A stretch of DNA of 64,000 bases from the NCBI GenBank assembly GCA_964016885.1, contig OZ024764.1, positions 4,154,001 to 4,218,000 of the forward strand. The letters run 5' to 3'. Below the pieces are notes generated by a model. It made no database searches, was not told where the DNA came from, and saw nothing but the letters and a program-made list of their open reading frames with translations. Within the stretch, counting starts at the first letter, position 1. Each line of letters begins with the position of its first letter. This document shows positions 41,293 through 54,426 of the stretch, piece by piece. This stretch comes from Eledone cirrhosa. Lineage: Eukaryota. The translations under genes were made by a program, and so were the position numbers.

Positions 41293-41582
41293 GTCACAGC
41301 CCCCCACACACTACCCCTTCTTGTGTCACAGCCCCGCCATATACTACCCCTTCCTGTGTCACAGCCCCCCCCCCCCCCCTTCACAAGTTGCCCCTCACCA
41401 CAAACCCTTCCCATGTCACAGCCCACACAATGACCTCTAACACCCCCCCCCCCCCCACACACACACACCACCACCACCACTGACCCCTCCGCCCCTCCCC
41501 ACCATCACACTATAACAAGAAGTACTTAGTCATCTCACTTCCGACAAATAAACACCAATTACACGTTTTGGTAAATGTCGAC

Positions 41583-42452
41583 TTCTCCCTCCCCCTCCCC
41601 TCCTCTTCTTTTCCTTCTTCTTCTCCTTAGTTTCTTCTTCTTTCCCTTCTTCTCCCCCCTCCTCTTCTTCTTTTCCTTCTTCTCCTTAGTTTCTTCTTCT
41701 TTCCCTTCTCCTCCCCCTCCTCTTCTTCTTTTCCTTCTCCTTAGTTTCTTCTTCTTTCCCTTCTCCTCCCCCTCCTCTTCTTCTTTTCCTTCTTCTCCTT
41801 AGTTTCTTCTTCTTTCCCTTCTCCTCCCCCTCCTCTTCTTCTTTTCCTTCTTCTCCTTAGTTTCTTCTTCTTTCCCTTCTCCTCCCCCTCCTCTTCTTCT
41901 TTTCCTTCTTCTCCTTAGTTTCTTCTTCTTTCCCTTCTCCTCCCCCTCCTCTTCTTCTTTTCCTTCTTCTCCTTAGTTTCTTCTTCTTTCCCTTCTCCTC
42001 CCCCTCCTCTTCTTCTTTTCCTTCTTCTCCTTAGTTTCTTCTTCTTTCCCTTCTCCTCCCCCTCCTCTTCTTCTTTTCCTTCTCCTTAGTTTCTTCTTCT
42101 TTCCCTTCTTCTCCCCCCTCCTCTTCTTCTCCTTAGTTTCTTCTTCTTTCCCTTCTCCCCCCTCCTCTTTCCCTTCTTCTCCCCCCTCCTCTTTTCCTTC
42201 TCCTTAGTTTCTTCTTCTTTCCCTTCTCCCCCCCTCCTCTTCTTTTCCTTCTTCTTAGTTTCTTCTTCTTTCCCTTCTTCTCCCCCCTCCTCTTTTCCTT
42301 CTCCTTAGTTTCTTCTTCTTTCCCTTCTCCCCCCCTCCTCTTCTTTTCCTTCTTCTCCTTAGTTTCTTCTTCTTTCCCTTCTCCCCCCTCCTCTTCTTCT
42401 TTTCCTTCTTCTTCTCCTTAGTTTCTTCTTCTTTCCCTTCTCCCCCCTCCCT
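41583..42452. repeat. Polypyrimidine minisatellite with ~58-bp unit
   Basis: Almost pure C/T, with ttag as the only purine-containing motif in each unit. Confidence 0.93.
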
Positions 42453-43127
42453 GTCTGTCTGCAATGTCCAACTGGTGCCCTAAACACCCCCATACCCCCC
42501 ATCTACCACTAGATATACACCCACCACCCTTCCTTCACCCTTTCAACCCCTTCCTTCTACCCCCCCCCCCTCCGCTCCCCTACATCCCCAAACATTTCCT
42601 CCTCCCCATAAGACCACCAACCAAAGTGAAGTAAAACAGGCCACCATAACTGAATGAGAACTGAGATGTCTTTTCTGAAAGCTGTAAGGGCTAGAGTTAG
42701 GGTTAGGGTTAGGGCTAAGGCTAGGGGCTAGGGTTACCATAACAGAAGTCTGAAGGACTAGCGTCCGAAATGTTAAGACCCTCTTCCTGCTATTCCAAGC
42801 GTTAACCTAATATATTCCTTCCATATACTGTACTGATTGTGTTGTTAATTCTGTTTACCTTTTACACACACACACACACACATATATATATTTCAACCTG
42901 TTAGTTCTTTCGTTACTTTGGTATTGTGTGTTAGATTTTGCCTACCACAATGTTCAATTTGTCAAGCTATTTAAACGTATGTTATTATTCTGAGGACCTA
43001 CCTTATCGATGCTTTGCTAACTCATTCATATCATAGGTCGAATTTTACTAAGCCTCCAATTATATATATATATATATATATAGGAACCAGTAAGACCCCG
43101 ACAGCTGAGCTCAAGCCGTTTCGACGG

Positions 43128-43172
<45 letters not shown>

Positions 43173-43432
43173 ATTAACAAATGGAAACTATATTTATAAA
43201 ACCATATTTATTTCATTATACATATTTCAAGGACACCAAGTTAAATTATGGTGTGCTTTCATCATATAGTAATAATAATAAATTTGAAGACTAAAATCCA
43301 AAGAGGGCTCAATAAGGATAAATATATATCAAATATATAAGAACCGTAGAGCAAATATTTATTAAAATAACAGATTAAAGTTTAAGCAAAGAATCGCTGC
43401 TTTCACCCTTAACGGGATCTTCTGAAATTAAT

Positions 43433-44588
43433 ATCATCATCATCATCATCATCGTTTAACGTCCATCTTCCACGCTTGCATGGGTTTGGACGGGAGTTTT
43501 CCCACTTGAGGCAAGAGTGGTTGTCTTGCTCGTATAGGACTGTCTAGTGGGTTTTCTACGGCTGGGTGCCCTTCCCACACCAACCACGTTTACAGTGTGG
43601 ACTGGGAGGTTTTTACCGTGTTACCTACACGGCCACATTACAGCGTGGACTGTGTGTTTTTTTTGTCGTGACACCTACACGACCTCATTTGTTTCAGACT
43701 GGATGTTGTGTTACCAACATAACTTCACATTTAAGGCGGTGGTATGGATGGGGTGGCGGTAGTGGGACGGGGGTGTGTGGGGTGTGTGTATATTCCGTTA
43801 GAGGTGCCTACTGAGTGTAGGTTTCACTTCTGTATGACTGTGTAGCGCCAAAGATCTCGGTCCAGTGACATTGTCTTGGAGAGGTGTAAGTGTGTGAGGT
43901 CGGAATTTATCAAGTCCCAGGTTTTTCTGGGTCTGCCTATTCCGTGGCTACCGTCTATTTTTATCGCCCTGCACTTTTTTATACAGCTATCGACTTTCAT
44001 GCGCATCACGTGTCCATACCAACGTAGCCTTCTCTCGAGTAAACAACATCTGATCTCTCTTATTTCTAATTTCTCCCTTAGTTCGTTTATGCTTTGCCGT
44101 TCACGTATATTACTATTACGCATCCAGCGGAGCATGCAAGCTTCGTTTCTCTCCAGTCTGCGTATATCCTCTGCACACAATGCCCAGGTCTCACTGCCAT
44201 GTAACATTGCTGTTCGTATGCAGGCATCATACAGCCTGCCTTTCATTTTTAGAGAGAACCCTTTAGCGGCCAATAGTGGTATAAACTCTCTGAACTTTTT
44301 CCATCCCGTTCTGACTCTAGCTACTGTACTTTCAGAGCACCCTCCCCCACTGCTGATTTTGTCACCCAGGTAACGGAAGGTTTCCACTATTTCTATAGAA
44401 CCATCTGTGCAATGCAATGAGCTAGTATTCTGTGGGCACTTGCTGCTACTTATTGCACCAGAGCACCGGCCACATATAAAATCTATATTCTTAGTTAGCT
44501 TACCTGTGATCCCACTACATCTTTTATGCACCCATACTTTGCATTTGGGACATAAAATGGAGTTTCTACCTATTCCTTTCCTACACAC
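43433..44588 (-). mobile_element. RTE family 2, 5'-truncated (zinc-finger region to 3' UTR)
   Basis: CRKGIGRNSILCPKCKVWVHKRCSG...FRYLGD...RRLRWYGHVMRM; long 3' UTR with the module. Confidence 0.92.
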
Positions 44589-44920
44589 TGAGGATGGCTC
44601 TGAACATTAATCAGTATACACTGAGGATGAAAAACTCAGAGCTGTATGGGAGCCTCCCAAAAGTCAGCTCAAAGGTGACACAGAGGAGACTGAGGTTAGC
44701 CGGACATGCTCACCGACAGCCAGAGTTGACACTGCACTCAGTGCTCCTGTGGGAGCCCCTACATGGACACACTGGAAGAGGAAGACCAAGGTTAACGTAT
44801 GTTGATGCCCTAAGGACAGACACTGGTCTGTTGGAGACGCAGGACATGGCAGCGATAATGAGGGACAGAGACTGCTGGAGAGAACTCGTCCATGGATCTT
44901 GGGCATTTTACACGCCTTAG
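44586..44920 (+). mobile_element. LINE family 3, 3' end
   Basis: ORF 44594-44920, MALNINQYTLRMKNSELYG... Confidence 0.88.
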
Positions 44921-45269
44921 ATCATCATCATCATCATCATCACCGTTTTACGTCCGTTCTTCCACGCTAGCATGGGTTAGACGGGTTGTCCTGTTGTGGG
45001 CAGTGTCTGGTCGGCTGACCATGCCTTGCTCATACAGGAACTGATTTGGCTTGATTTCTACAGCTGGATGCCCTTCCTAACACCAACCTCATTTACAGTG
45101 GAATTATAGTGACCCCAGTCCCTACCATCTCATTTCTACAGCTGAGTAAACTGGAGCAATGTGAAATAAAGTGTCTTGCTCAAGGAAACAACACATCACC
45201 CAGTCTGAGAATTGAACTCACAACCTTTCGATTGCAAGGCCAATGCTCTAACCACTAAGCCATGTGCCC

Positions 45270-45270
<1 letters not shown>
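44921..45270 (-). mobile_element. SINE A head with family-2b tail and the pseudoknot deleted
   Basis: Head near-identical to SINE A; tail matches 14218-14340. Confidence 0.85.
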
Positions 45271-45335
<65 letters not shown>

Positions 45336-45717
45336 TCATCATCATCATTTTACGTCCGCTTTTCCCTGCTTACAAGTGTATATATATATATATACACACA
45401 CAAACACAGATACACACACACATATATATATATATATGTGTGTGTGTGTGTATATGTGTGTATATGTGTGTGCATATACATACACACACATATATATATA
45501 TATATGTATATGTGTGTGTGTGTGTGTGTATGCTTGTATGGATGGGTGAATATGAGAGCTATGCAAGTGTTTACAATTACCAAAGTAAATATGAAAATGT
45601 TTTTTTAGATTGATGAGTGTATAAAACCAATATTTGTTGATGTATAATGTCATCATCAACACCACAAACAGAAGTATCATTCTACATCCTTTTTCTCTGA
45701 TATATATATATTTATTT

Positions 45718-46515
45718 CATCATCATCATCGTCATCAACGTTTAACGTCCGTGTTCCACGCTTGCATGGGTTTGGACGGGAGTTTTCCCACTTGAGGCAA
45801 GAGTGGTTATCTTGCTCGCATAGGACTATCTGGCGGGTTTTCTACAGCTGGATGCCCCTTCCTAACACCAACCACATTTACAGTGTGGGGCTGGGAGGTT
45901 TTTACCGTGTTGCCTACACAGCCACATTACAGCGTGGACTGTCTGGCAGGTTTTCTACAGCTGGATGCCCCTTCCTAACACCAACCACATTTACAGTGTG
46001 GGGCTGGGAGGTTTTTACCGTGTTGCCTACACAGCCACATTACAGCGTGGACTGTCTGGCGGGTTTTCTACAGCTGGATGCCCTTCCTAACACCAACCAC
46101 ATTTACAGTGTGGGGCTGGGAGGTTTTTACCGTGTTGCCTACACGGCCACATTACAGCGTGGACTGTCTGGCGGGTTTTCTACAGCTGGATGCCCTTCCT
46201 AACACCAACCACATTTACAGTGTGGGGCTGGGAGGTTTTTACCGTGTTACCTACACGGCCACATTACAGCGTGGACTGTCTGGCGGGTTTTCTACAGCTG
46301 GATGCCCCTTCCTAACACCAACCACATTTACAGTGTGGGGCTGGGAGGTTTTTACCGTGTTGCCTACACGGCCACATTACAGCGTGGACTGTGTGTTTTT
46401 TGACGTGACACCTACACGATCTCATTTGTTTCGGCCTGGATGTTGTGGCACCAACATAACTTTACATTGAAAGGGGCGGTGTAGATGGGGTGGGGGTGGC
46501 GGGACGGGGGTGTAT
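45718..46515 (-). mobile_element. RTE family 2 3' UTR with a ~119-bp internal unit repeated five times
   Basis: ggatgccc(c)ttcctaacaccaacc recurs at about 45850, 45963, 46076, 46188 and 46300. Confidence 0.88.
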
Positions 46516-46549
46516 TTATCTATCTATATACACATACACTCTTATATAC

Positions 46550-46813
46550 CAGTGGCGAAGGGTAACCTGGAAAGCAGGGCATGCAGTCCAATCGCTGTGG
46601 CGAAAAGTGGGGCTCTGCAGCCTTACCCCCCCCAATTCCCTCTATATGACCCTCCCGGTCAAAGCCGCATGTAGTGTTATCTAGTGTGTTTGTGTGTGTG
46701 TGTGTGTGTTTATGTGTCTACGATTTAGTAAGCGGTCAAAATTCTGCTTCCTTCAACCAACGCAATTGATCAACTCAAGATTATAGAACGCATGCACTGA
46801 CCCTTCGCCCCTG
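46550..46813. mobile_element. hAT-like MITE
   Basis: TIR cagtggcgaaggg / cccttcgcccctg (12/13 match); imperfect 8-bp flanks ttatatac / atatatat. Confidence 0.55.
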
Positions 46814-48086
46814 ATATATATATATATGTTTATAAATATACTTATAATGAACATACATTAAACACAGTCCCTCTGTGTTTAATGTATGTTCATTAGTATA
46901 TGTGTTGTCATTTCTGCTTGCATTTTGCATATATACATATATATATCTATATATATGCTTGTGTGGACCCCTCTCAAAAATTCGTTGGATTTTCTAATTG
47001 GATACCCCGACACTGGATACCAACACTGAATACACCTGAACTTCTACCAGGAAATCTTTCGTTGTCATTTCTGCTTGCATTTTACATATATAGATATATA
47101 TATCAATGGTTGCGTGGACCCCTCTTAAAGATTCGTTGGATTTTCTAATTGGATACCCCAAAACTGGATACCAATCACTGAATACACCTGAACTTCTACC
47201 AGGAAATCTTTCATATCAGTGAAAATTTTCTTTTCTTTGCTTCATATATATTATATATACTTGTCCGCCATTGCAAAAGGCCATAAATTCAAAATTTTGA
47301 AGAGAGAGGAAAAGAGAGAAGTGATCTATGAACTTGTAACATCTCACTGACCCCCCCCCCCCCGTCACCACAATAACAATAACGCCTACACTCGCTCCCC
47401 ACCATCACCACATTACTCTAAGGTCGCTGTCCTGTCCCCTGTTGACATACTGCTGACTCTCTTTTGATGTATGTATGTGTATATACATATGTGTATGTGT
47501 GTGTATATGTGTATATCTCTGTGGATGCGACCAGATTTCAACACAGCAACAACAACAACAACAACAACAGCAACAACACCATCGTCTGTGTTGAATGTGT
47601 GTGTATGTATTTGTATATATGTGACAGCAATAACAGCATCAACACCATTGTCTGCAGCAACAGCAGCAGTGAAATGAAGGACAACAACAACAGTAACAAC
47701 TACAACAACTACAATAACAACTACAGCACCAACAACTGCCACCACCATCACTGACACCATCCACCACCACCACACTGACACCATCCACCACCGCCATTAC
47801 CAGCGTAAACAAACAATTATTATTGTTATTGTTATTATATACAAGCCGAACTGGACTGGGAAAGGTCAACAGTTGACATGATAGTGATTTTGACGACTTT
47901 GACTTTGATTTTGATTTTGTATCGGTACTGTCGGTAATATATGTATATATATGTTTGTGAGTGGTGTGCGTGATTGTATGCATGAATGAGTGTTGGTATG
48001 TGTGGTTGTGGTTTGTATGCATGAGTGTTGGTGTGTGAGTGTTTGTGTGTGCGTCGTGTCAATAAGTTTTTTTTTTTTTTTTTTTT

Positions 48087-51000
48087 CATGACCATGCTGT
48101 AAAATGGAGGGGTAGAGAGGGCCCTTGAGTCTAGTAAGACATCCTCTCTAGTGCTGGTGGCACAAATAAAAGCACCCAGTCCATGCTGTAAAGTGGCGCT
48201 GGTGTTAGGAAGGGCATCCAACCAGTGTATCAATGCCAAAAAGCTTATCAGCACAGCAACAAAACAGCATAGAAAAATATGAAGACGTCGCATCTCAGAG
48301 TTGCAACACTTAATGTTGGCACTCTCAGAGGTAGATCTGCTGAAATAGCGGAGATGCTGGAGAGAAGGCAGGTGGATGTGTGCTGCGTGCAAGAGGTGAG
48401 ATGGAGAGGTGCCTCTGCGAGACTAGTCGTAGGCAAGCGTCTTAGCTATAAGCTATTCTGGGTAGGTAAGGATGATGGGTTAGGGGGAGTAAGCATTTTC
48501 CTGGCTGAGAAATGGATCAATAAGACAATAGAGGTAGTTCGAGTTAGTAATCGAATAATTAAGCTTAGATTAGTTGTAGGTAGGAGACTACTGACAATCA
48601 TCTCGGTCTATGCTCCCCAAGCAGGCCTAGGCAAAGATGAGAAAGACTGCTTTTATGAGCAACTTTTGCAAACAACCACAATGACAGAGGACGGAGACAT
48701 TGTTATGCTAGCAGGAGACTTCAATGGTCATGTTGGACAGCTCCAGGATGGTTACACTGGGGTACATGGTGGGCACGGTTACGGTTCAAGAAATGAAGAA
48801 GGAGTGAGACTTCTTGAATTTTGTGATGCAAGTACATTGACTATTTGCAACACAAACTTCCAGAAACCTGCCAATCACCTAATAACCTACAAATCTGGTG
48901 AGCACATAAGCCAGATTGACTTCCTGCTAGTTAGGCAGCGGGACAGGCAGATAGTGTCTAATACCAAGGCATACCCTGGGGAAGAATGTACCCCACAGCA
49001 TAGGTTAGTTGTTAGTGATATCTCAGTAAGCAAGAGATGGAATGAGACATATAGGAAGGTGTGGAGAAGAAAGGTCTGGAAGCTAAAAGACCTTTCACTA
49101 AAATTCAAATTTAGGAAAGCCCTTCAAGATGTATATGACGAAAAAGAAGACGATTTAGAGACGTATGACATAGATAATAACTGGAAGTTCTTACGTGACA
49201 ACTTGCTGAAGACTACTGATGAAACCTGTGGCTGGAGCAGAGCTCCAACCAGACAGAGAGTGACCTGGTGGTGGAACAGCAGTGTAGATAAGGCTATTAG
49301 AGACAAAAGACTAGCATGGAAGGCTTGGAATAAGGGTGGGAGTAGGGAAGAATATACAGCCACTAAGAGAGAAGCTAGACGTCAGGTGTACTTAGCACGC
49401 AGGGAGGCAGAGAGTAGGAGGTTTGCCAATGTTCTGCGACGGGAAGATCAGAGGCGTGCGGTGTTCCACATTGCAAGGCAGTGTGTCAATGCAAATCAGG
49501 ATGTTGTTGGTGATAAATGTGTCCGGGATGATGCCGGTGTACTTAGTGTCACGAATGACCAGAAAAAGGAGGCCTGGAAATGTCATTATGAGAGACTGAT
49601 GAATGTGGAGAACGAATGGGAGAGAGAGAAATTACCCTTGGTAGATCCGACAGAGGGACCAGCTATTGAGATTGACGAATATAGGGTCCAAGAGGCGATT
49701 AGGGAAATGAAAAATGGTAAGGCGGCCGGACCATCGGGAATAGTTGCTGAGATGCTGAAGGCATCAGGGGACGTAGGCACTAAACTGGTTGCACGCATAA
49801 TCAATCAGGCTATATATGGTGGTGTCATACCCAAAGACTGGTGCAGCAGTATTCTCATAAATTGCTACAAAGGTAAAGGGGATGCTTTGGAGAGGAGCAA
49901 TTATAGGGGTATAAAACTGATAGATCAGGTTATGAAAGTGGCAGAAAGGATTTTAGCACAACTAATTAGAGAAAGGGTCAAACTAGATGAGATGCAGTTT
50001 GGTTTTGTGCCTGGGAAGAGTACAACAGATGCCCTCTTCTTGGTGAGACAAATGCAAGAGAGGTTCTTAGAGGTTATAAGCCACTATACTTAGCCTTTGT
50101 TGACCTAGAGAAGGCCTTTGATAGGGTACCCCGATCTGTCATCTGGTGGTCCCTAAGGAAGCTGGGTGTTGAGGAATGGCTTGTAAGGACAGTGCAAACT
50201 TTGTACAGAGGTACTCTCAGTAAAGTCAGGGTAGGAATGGAGTTTAGTGAGGAATTCCAGATACAAGTAGGAGTACATCAGGATTCGGTCCTCAGCCCGC
50301 TCTTGTTCATTATAGTCCTCCAAGCCATAACAGAGGAGTTTAAGACTGGCTGTCCATGGGAACTTCTCTATGCTGACGATCTGGCTCTTATGGCAGAATC
50401 AGTAGAGGAGCTAGAGAATAAATTCCGGCTATGGAAACAGCAGTTGGAAGCAAGAGGACTGAGAGTAAATCTAGCTAAGACAAAAGTGTTGATGAGTAGA
50501 AAAGAGGACAAAACCCTGATTCCGTCAGGGAAATGGCCATGTTCGATATGCAGAAAAGGAACTGGCATAAATTCTATAAAATGCACACAATGTAGGTCCT
50601 GGGTACACAAGAGATGTAGCGGGATAGCAGGCAAACTAACAGGTAGGGAGAAATATGTATGCAGTAGATGTACAGGGAAATTAGACAGTAGAAGTCGCAC
50701 TGATAGACACATTTTTCAAATGCGAGAGGGCGCTATAGAAGTGGTGGATAGCTTCCGGTACCTAGGAGATCAGATTAGCATGGGAGGAGGGTGTTCCGAG
50801 GCCATAGTATCTAGAATAAGGACGGGTTGGAAGAAGTTTAGGGAGCTGCTTCCTCTGTTGACGAAGAAGGGTTTCTCCCTGCGTACGAAAGGCCGGTTGT
50901 ATGATGCCTGTGTGAGGAGCGCGATGCTGCATGGTAGTGAGACATGGGCAGCTACCGCAGAAGATATGCGACGGCTGGAGAGAAATGAGGCAAGCATGCT

Positions 51001-51357
51001 CCGTTGGATGTGCAGTGTAAATGTGCGTGAACGACCCAGCATAAATGTGTTGAGAGAGAAACTGTGTCTGAGAGGGATAGAATGTAGTGTACGGGAGAGG
51101 AGACAGGTGGTATGGACATGTGATGCACATGGAGGATGACCGATGGGTGAAGAAGTGCCAGGAAATGCCAGTTGAAGGAAGACGTGGTAGAGGTAGACCA
51201 CGAAAAACATGGGCGGAGGTGGTGAGAACAGACCTCAGATCATTGAAGCTCACGGTGGAGGTGACGAGTGGAGAGATGCTGTGCTGAATAAGACCCGTCC
51301 CACCCTTGCAAGCAGGGAAGAGCGGACGTAAAATGATGATGATGATGATGATGATGA
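48087..51357 (+). mobile_element. Near-full-length RTE (BovB-like) LINE, family 1
   Basis: Structured 5' UTR, single APE-RT ORF broken by frameshifts, 3' stem-loop and (ATG)n tail. Confidence 0.96.
48279..51331 (+). pseudogene. APE endonuclease / reverse transcriptase ORF with Cys/His finger, frameshifted at about 50070 and 51105
   Basis: ATLNV, VQEVRW, SVYAP, GDFNGH, QIDF and HRLV (APE); DLEKAFD, HQDS (HQGS in the 18.8-20.9 kb copy) and LYADD (RT). Confidence 0.95.
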
Positions 51358-52572
<1,215 letters not shown>

Positions 52573-52756
52573 AGGAATTACGTCATTCCTATTGGTTACA
52601 TATTGTTTACCTTCTATAACGGATATTATATGAATTCACTAATTATTTGATTAATTAATATCTAATTTACCACCATTTTAATTGTTAATGATATTTCATC
52701 AGAATGTCTTGAAAAATCTGAATTCAAAACTCTTCACTTTGTCGAGTTGTTAGAGT

Positions 52757-52995
52757 CTTCTTCTACTTACTCCTGTGCAGGTAGTAGGGGCAGAGTCCTC
52801 AAACACTCCTTCCAGTGGGCCCTGTCAGAAGCAACCATCTCCAACTGATCAGGCTGGATACCCAAGTGAGACCAGCCAAGGATCTACCCCTGAGTCTCCA
52901 ACCTATTGGTTTCGCCCATAAAATCTGTCCAGAGATTCTTTCCTCAGACATTCTAACCACATGTCTGTAGTATCAGAGCTGTGATCTCTCAATTC
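52757..52995 (-). mobile_element. RTE (Expander/Rex3-like) 3' remnant
   Basis: Minus strand reads IERSQL*YYRHVVRMSEERISGQILWAKPIG and LGWSHLGIQPDQLEMVASDRAHWKECLRTLP. Confidence 0.7.
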
Positions 52996-53807
52996 AGAGA
53001 TTCTTACCTCAGATATTCTAATCACATGTCTGTAGTATCAGAGCTGTGATCTCTCAATTCAGAGGTTCTTTCCTCAGACATTCTAACCACATGTCTGTAG
53101 TATCAGAGCTGTGATCTCTCAATTCAGAGATTCTTTCCTCAGACATTCTAACCACATGTCTGTAGTATCAGAGCTGTGATCTCTCAATTCAGAGATTCTT
53201 TCCTCAGACATTCTAACCACATGTCTGTAGTATCAGAGCTGTGATCTCTTAATTCAGAGATTCTTTCCTCAGACATTCTAACCACATGTCTGTAGTATCA
53301 GAGCAGTGATCTCTCAATTCAGTGATTCTTTCCTGAGACATTCTAACCACATGTCTGTAGTATCAGAGCTGTGATCTCTCAATTCAGAGATTCTTTCCTG
53401 AGACATTCTAACCACATGTCTGTAGTATCAGAGCTGTGATCTCTCAATTCAGAGGTTCTTTCCTGAGACATTCTAACCACATGTCTGTAGTATCAGAACT
53501 GTGATCTCTCAATTCAGAGATTCTTTCTTGAGACATTCTAACCACATGTCTGTAGTATCAGAGCTGTGATCTCTTAATTCAGAGATTCTTTCCTGAGACA
53601 TTCTAACCACATGTCTGTAGTATCAGAGCTGTGATCTCTTAATTCAGAGATTCTTTCCTGAGACATTCTAACCACATGTCTGTAGTATCAGAGCTGTGAT
53701 CTCTCAATTCAGAGGTTCTTTCCTGAGACATTCTAACCACATGTCTGTAGTATCAGAGCTGTGATCTCTCAATTCAGAGATTCTTTCCTGAGACATTCTA
53801 ACCACAT
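52931..53807. repeat. 65-bp tandem array (about 13.5 copies) derived from that RTE coding segment
   Basis: agagattc at 52931, 52996 and onward to 53776. Confidence 0.95.
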
Positions 53808-54087
53808 ATCTATATATTGTGGTATTCTTTTACCTAGCCCCAGTTTTCAATTTGTACATCTTTAACGTATGTTTACTACTCTAAGGAAGGGAATTATATG
53901 TGAAGCAAAAAGTGTATAGGCAGAGGATTACTATAGAGGTTAATTGTTAGAGAATACACAACTGAATTCTAGAATAAATATATTTATTGGTTTACAATTG
54001 TTTCTGAAATAATTGTGAACCAATTAATATATTTGTTCAATAATTTGGTTGTGTATTTCTCTAACAATTAATTTATATATATATATA

Positions 54088-54417
54088 TGGTGGCACATGG
54101 CTTAGTGGTTAGAGCATTGGCCTTACAATCGAAAGGTTGTGAGTTCAATTCTCAGACCGGGTGATGTGTTGTTTCCTTGAGCAAGACTCTTTATTGCTCC
54201 AGTTTACTCAGCTGTAGAAATGAGATGGTAGGGACTGGGGTCCCTATCACTCCGCTGCAAAGTGGTCGTGGAGGTGCCACGGCAAAAAAGCACCCAGCAC
54301 TCACTGTAAATGAGGTTGGTGTTAGGAAGGGCATCCAGCTGTAGAAATCAAGCAAGAATCAGTTCCTGTCCCACCCTTGCAAGCAGGGAAAAGCGGACGT
54401 AAAATGATGATGATGAT
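54088..54417 (+). mobile_element. SINE family A
   Basis: Full head to (ATG)n tail, with a small internal deletion. Confidence 0.9.
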
Positions 54418-54426
54418 ATATACATA

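Noticed and set aside
48087-48125. Twister-like 3' segment (taaaatggagggg) at the LINE 5' end
   Set aside because: The upstream twister elements are absent (poly-T instead), so the fold cannot be built.
54265-54340. Pistol ribozyme resemblance (CGUGG...CCACG plus A-rich linker)
   Set aside because: It lacks the P2 strand between the A-linker and the pseudoknot partner, and the other conserved pistol residues.
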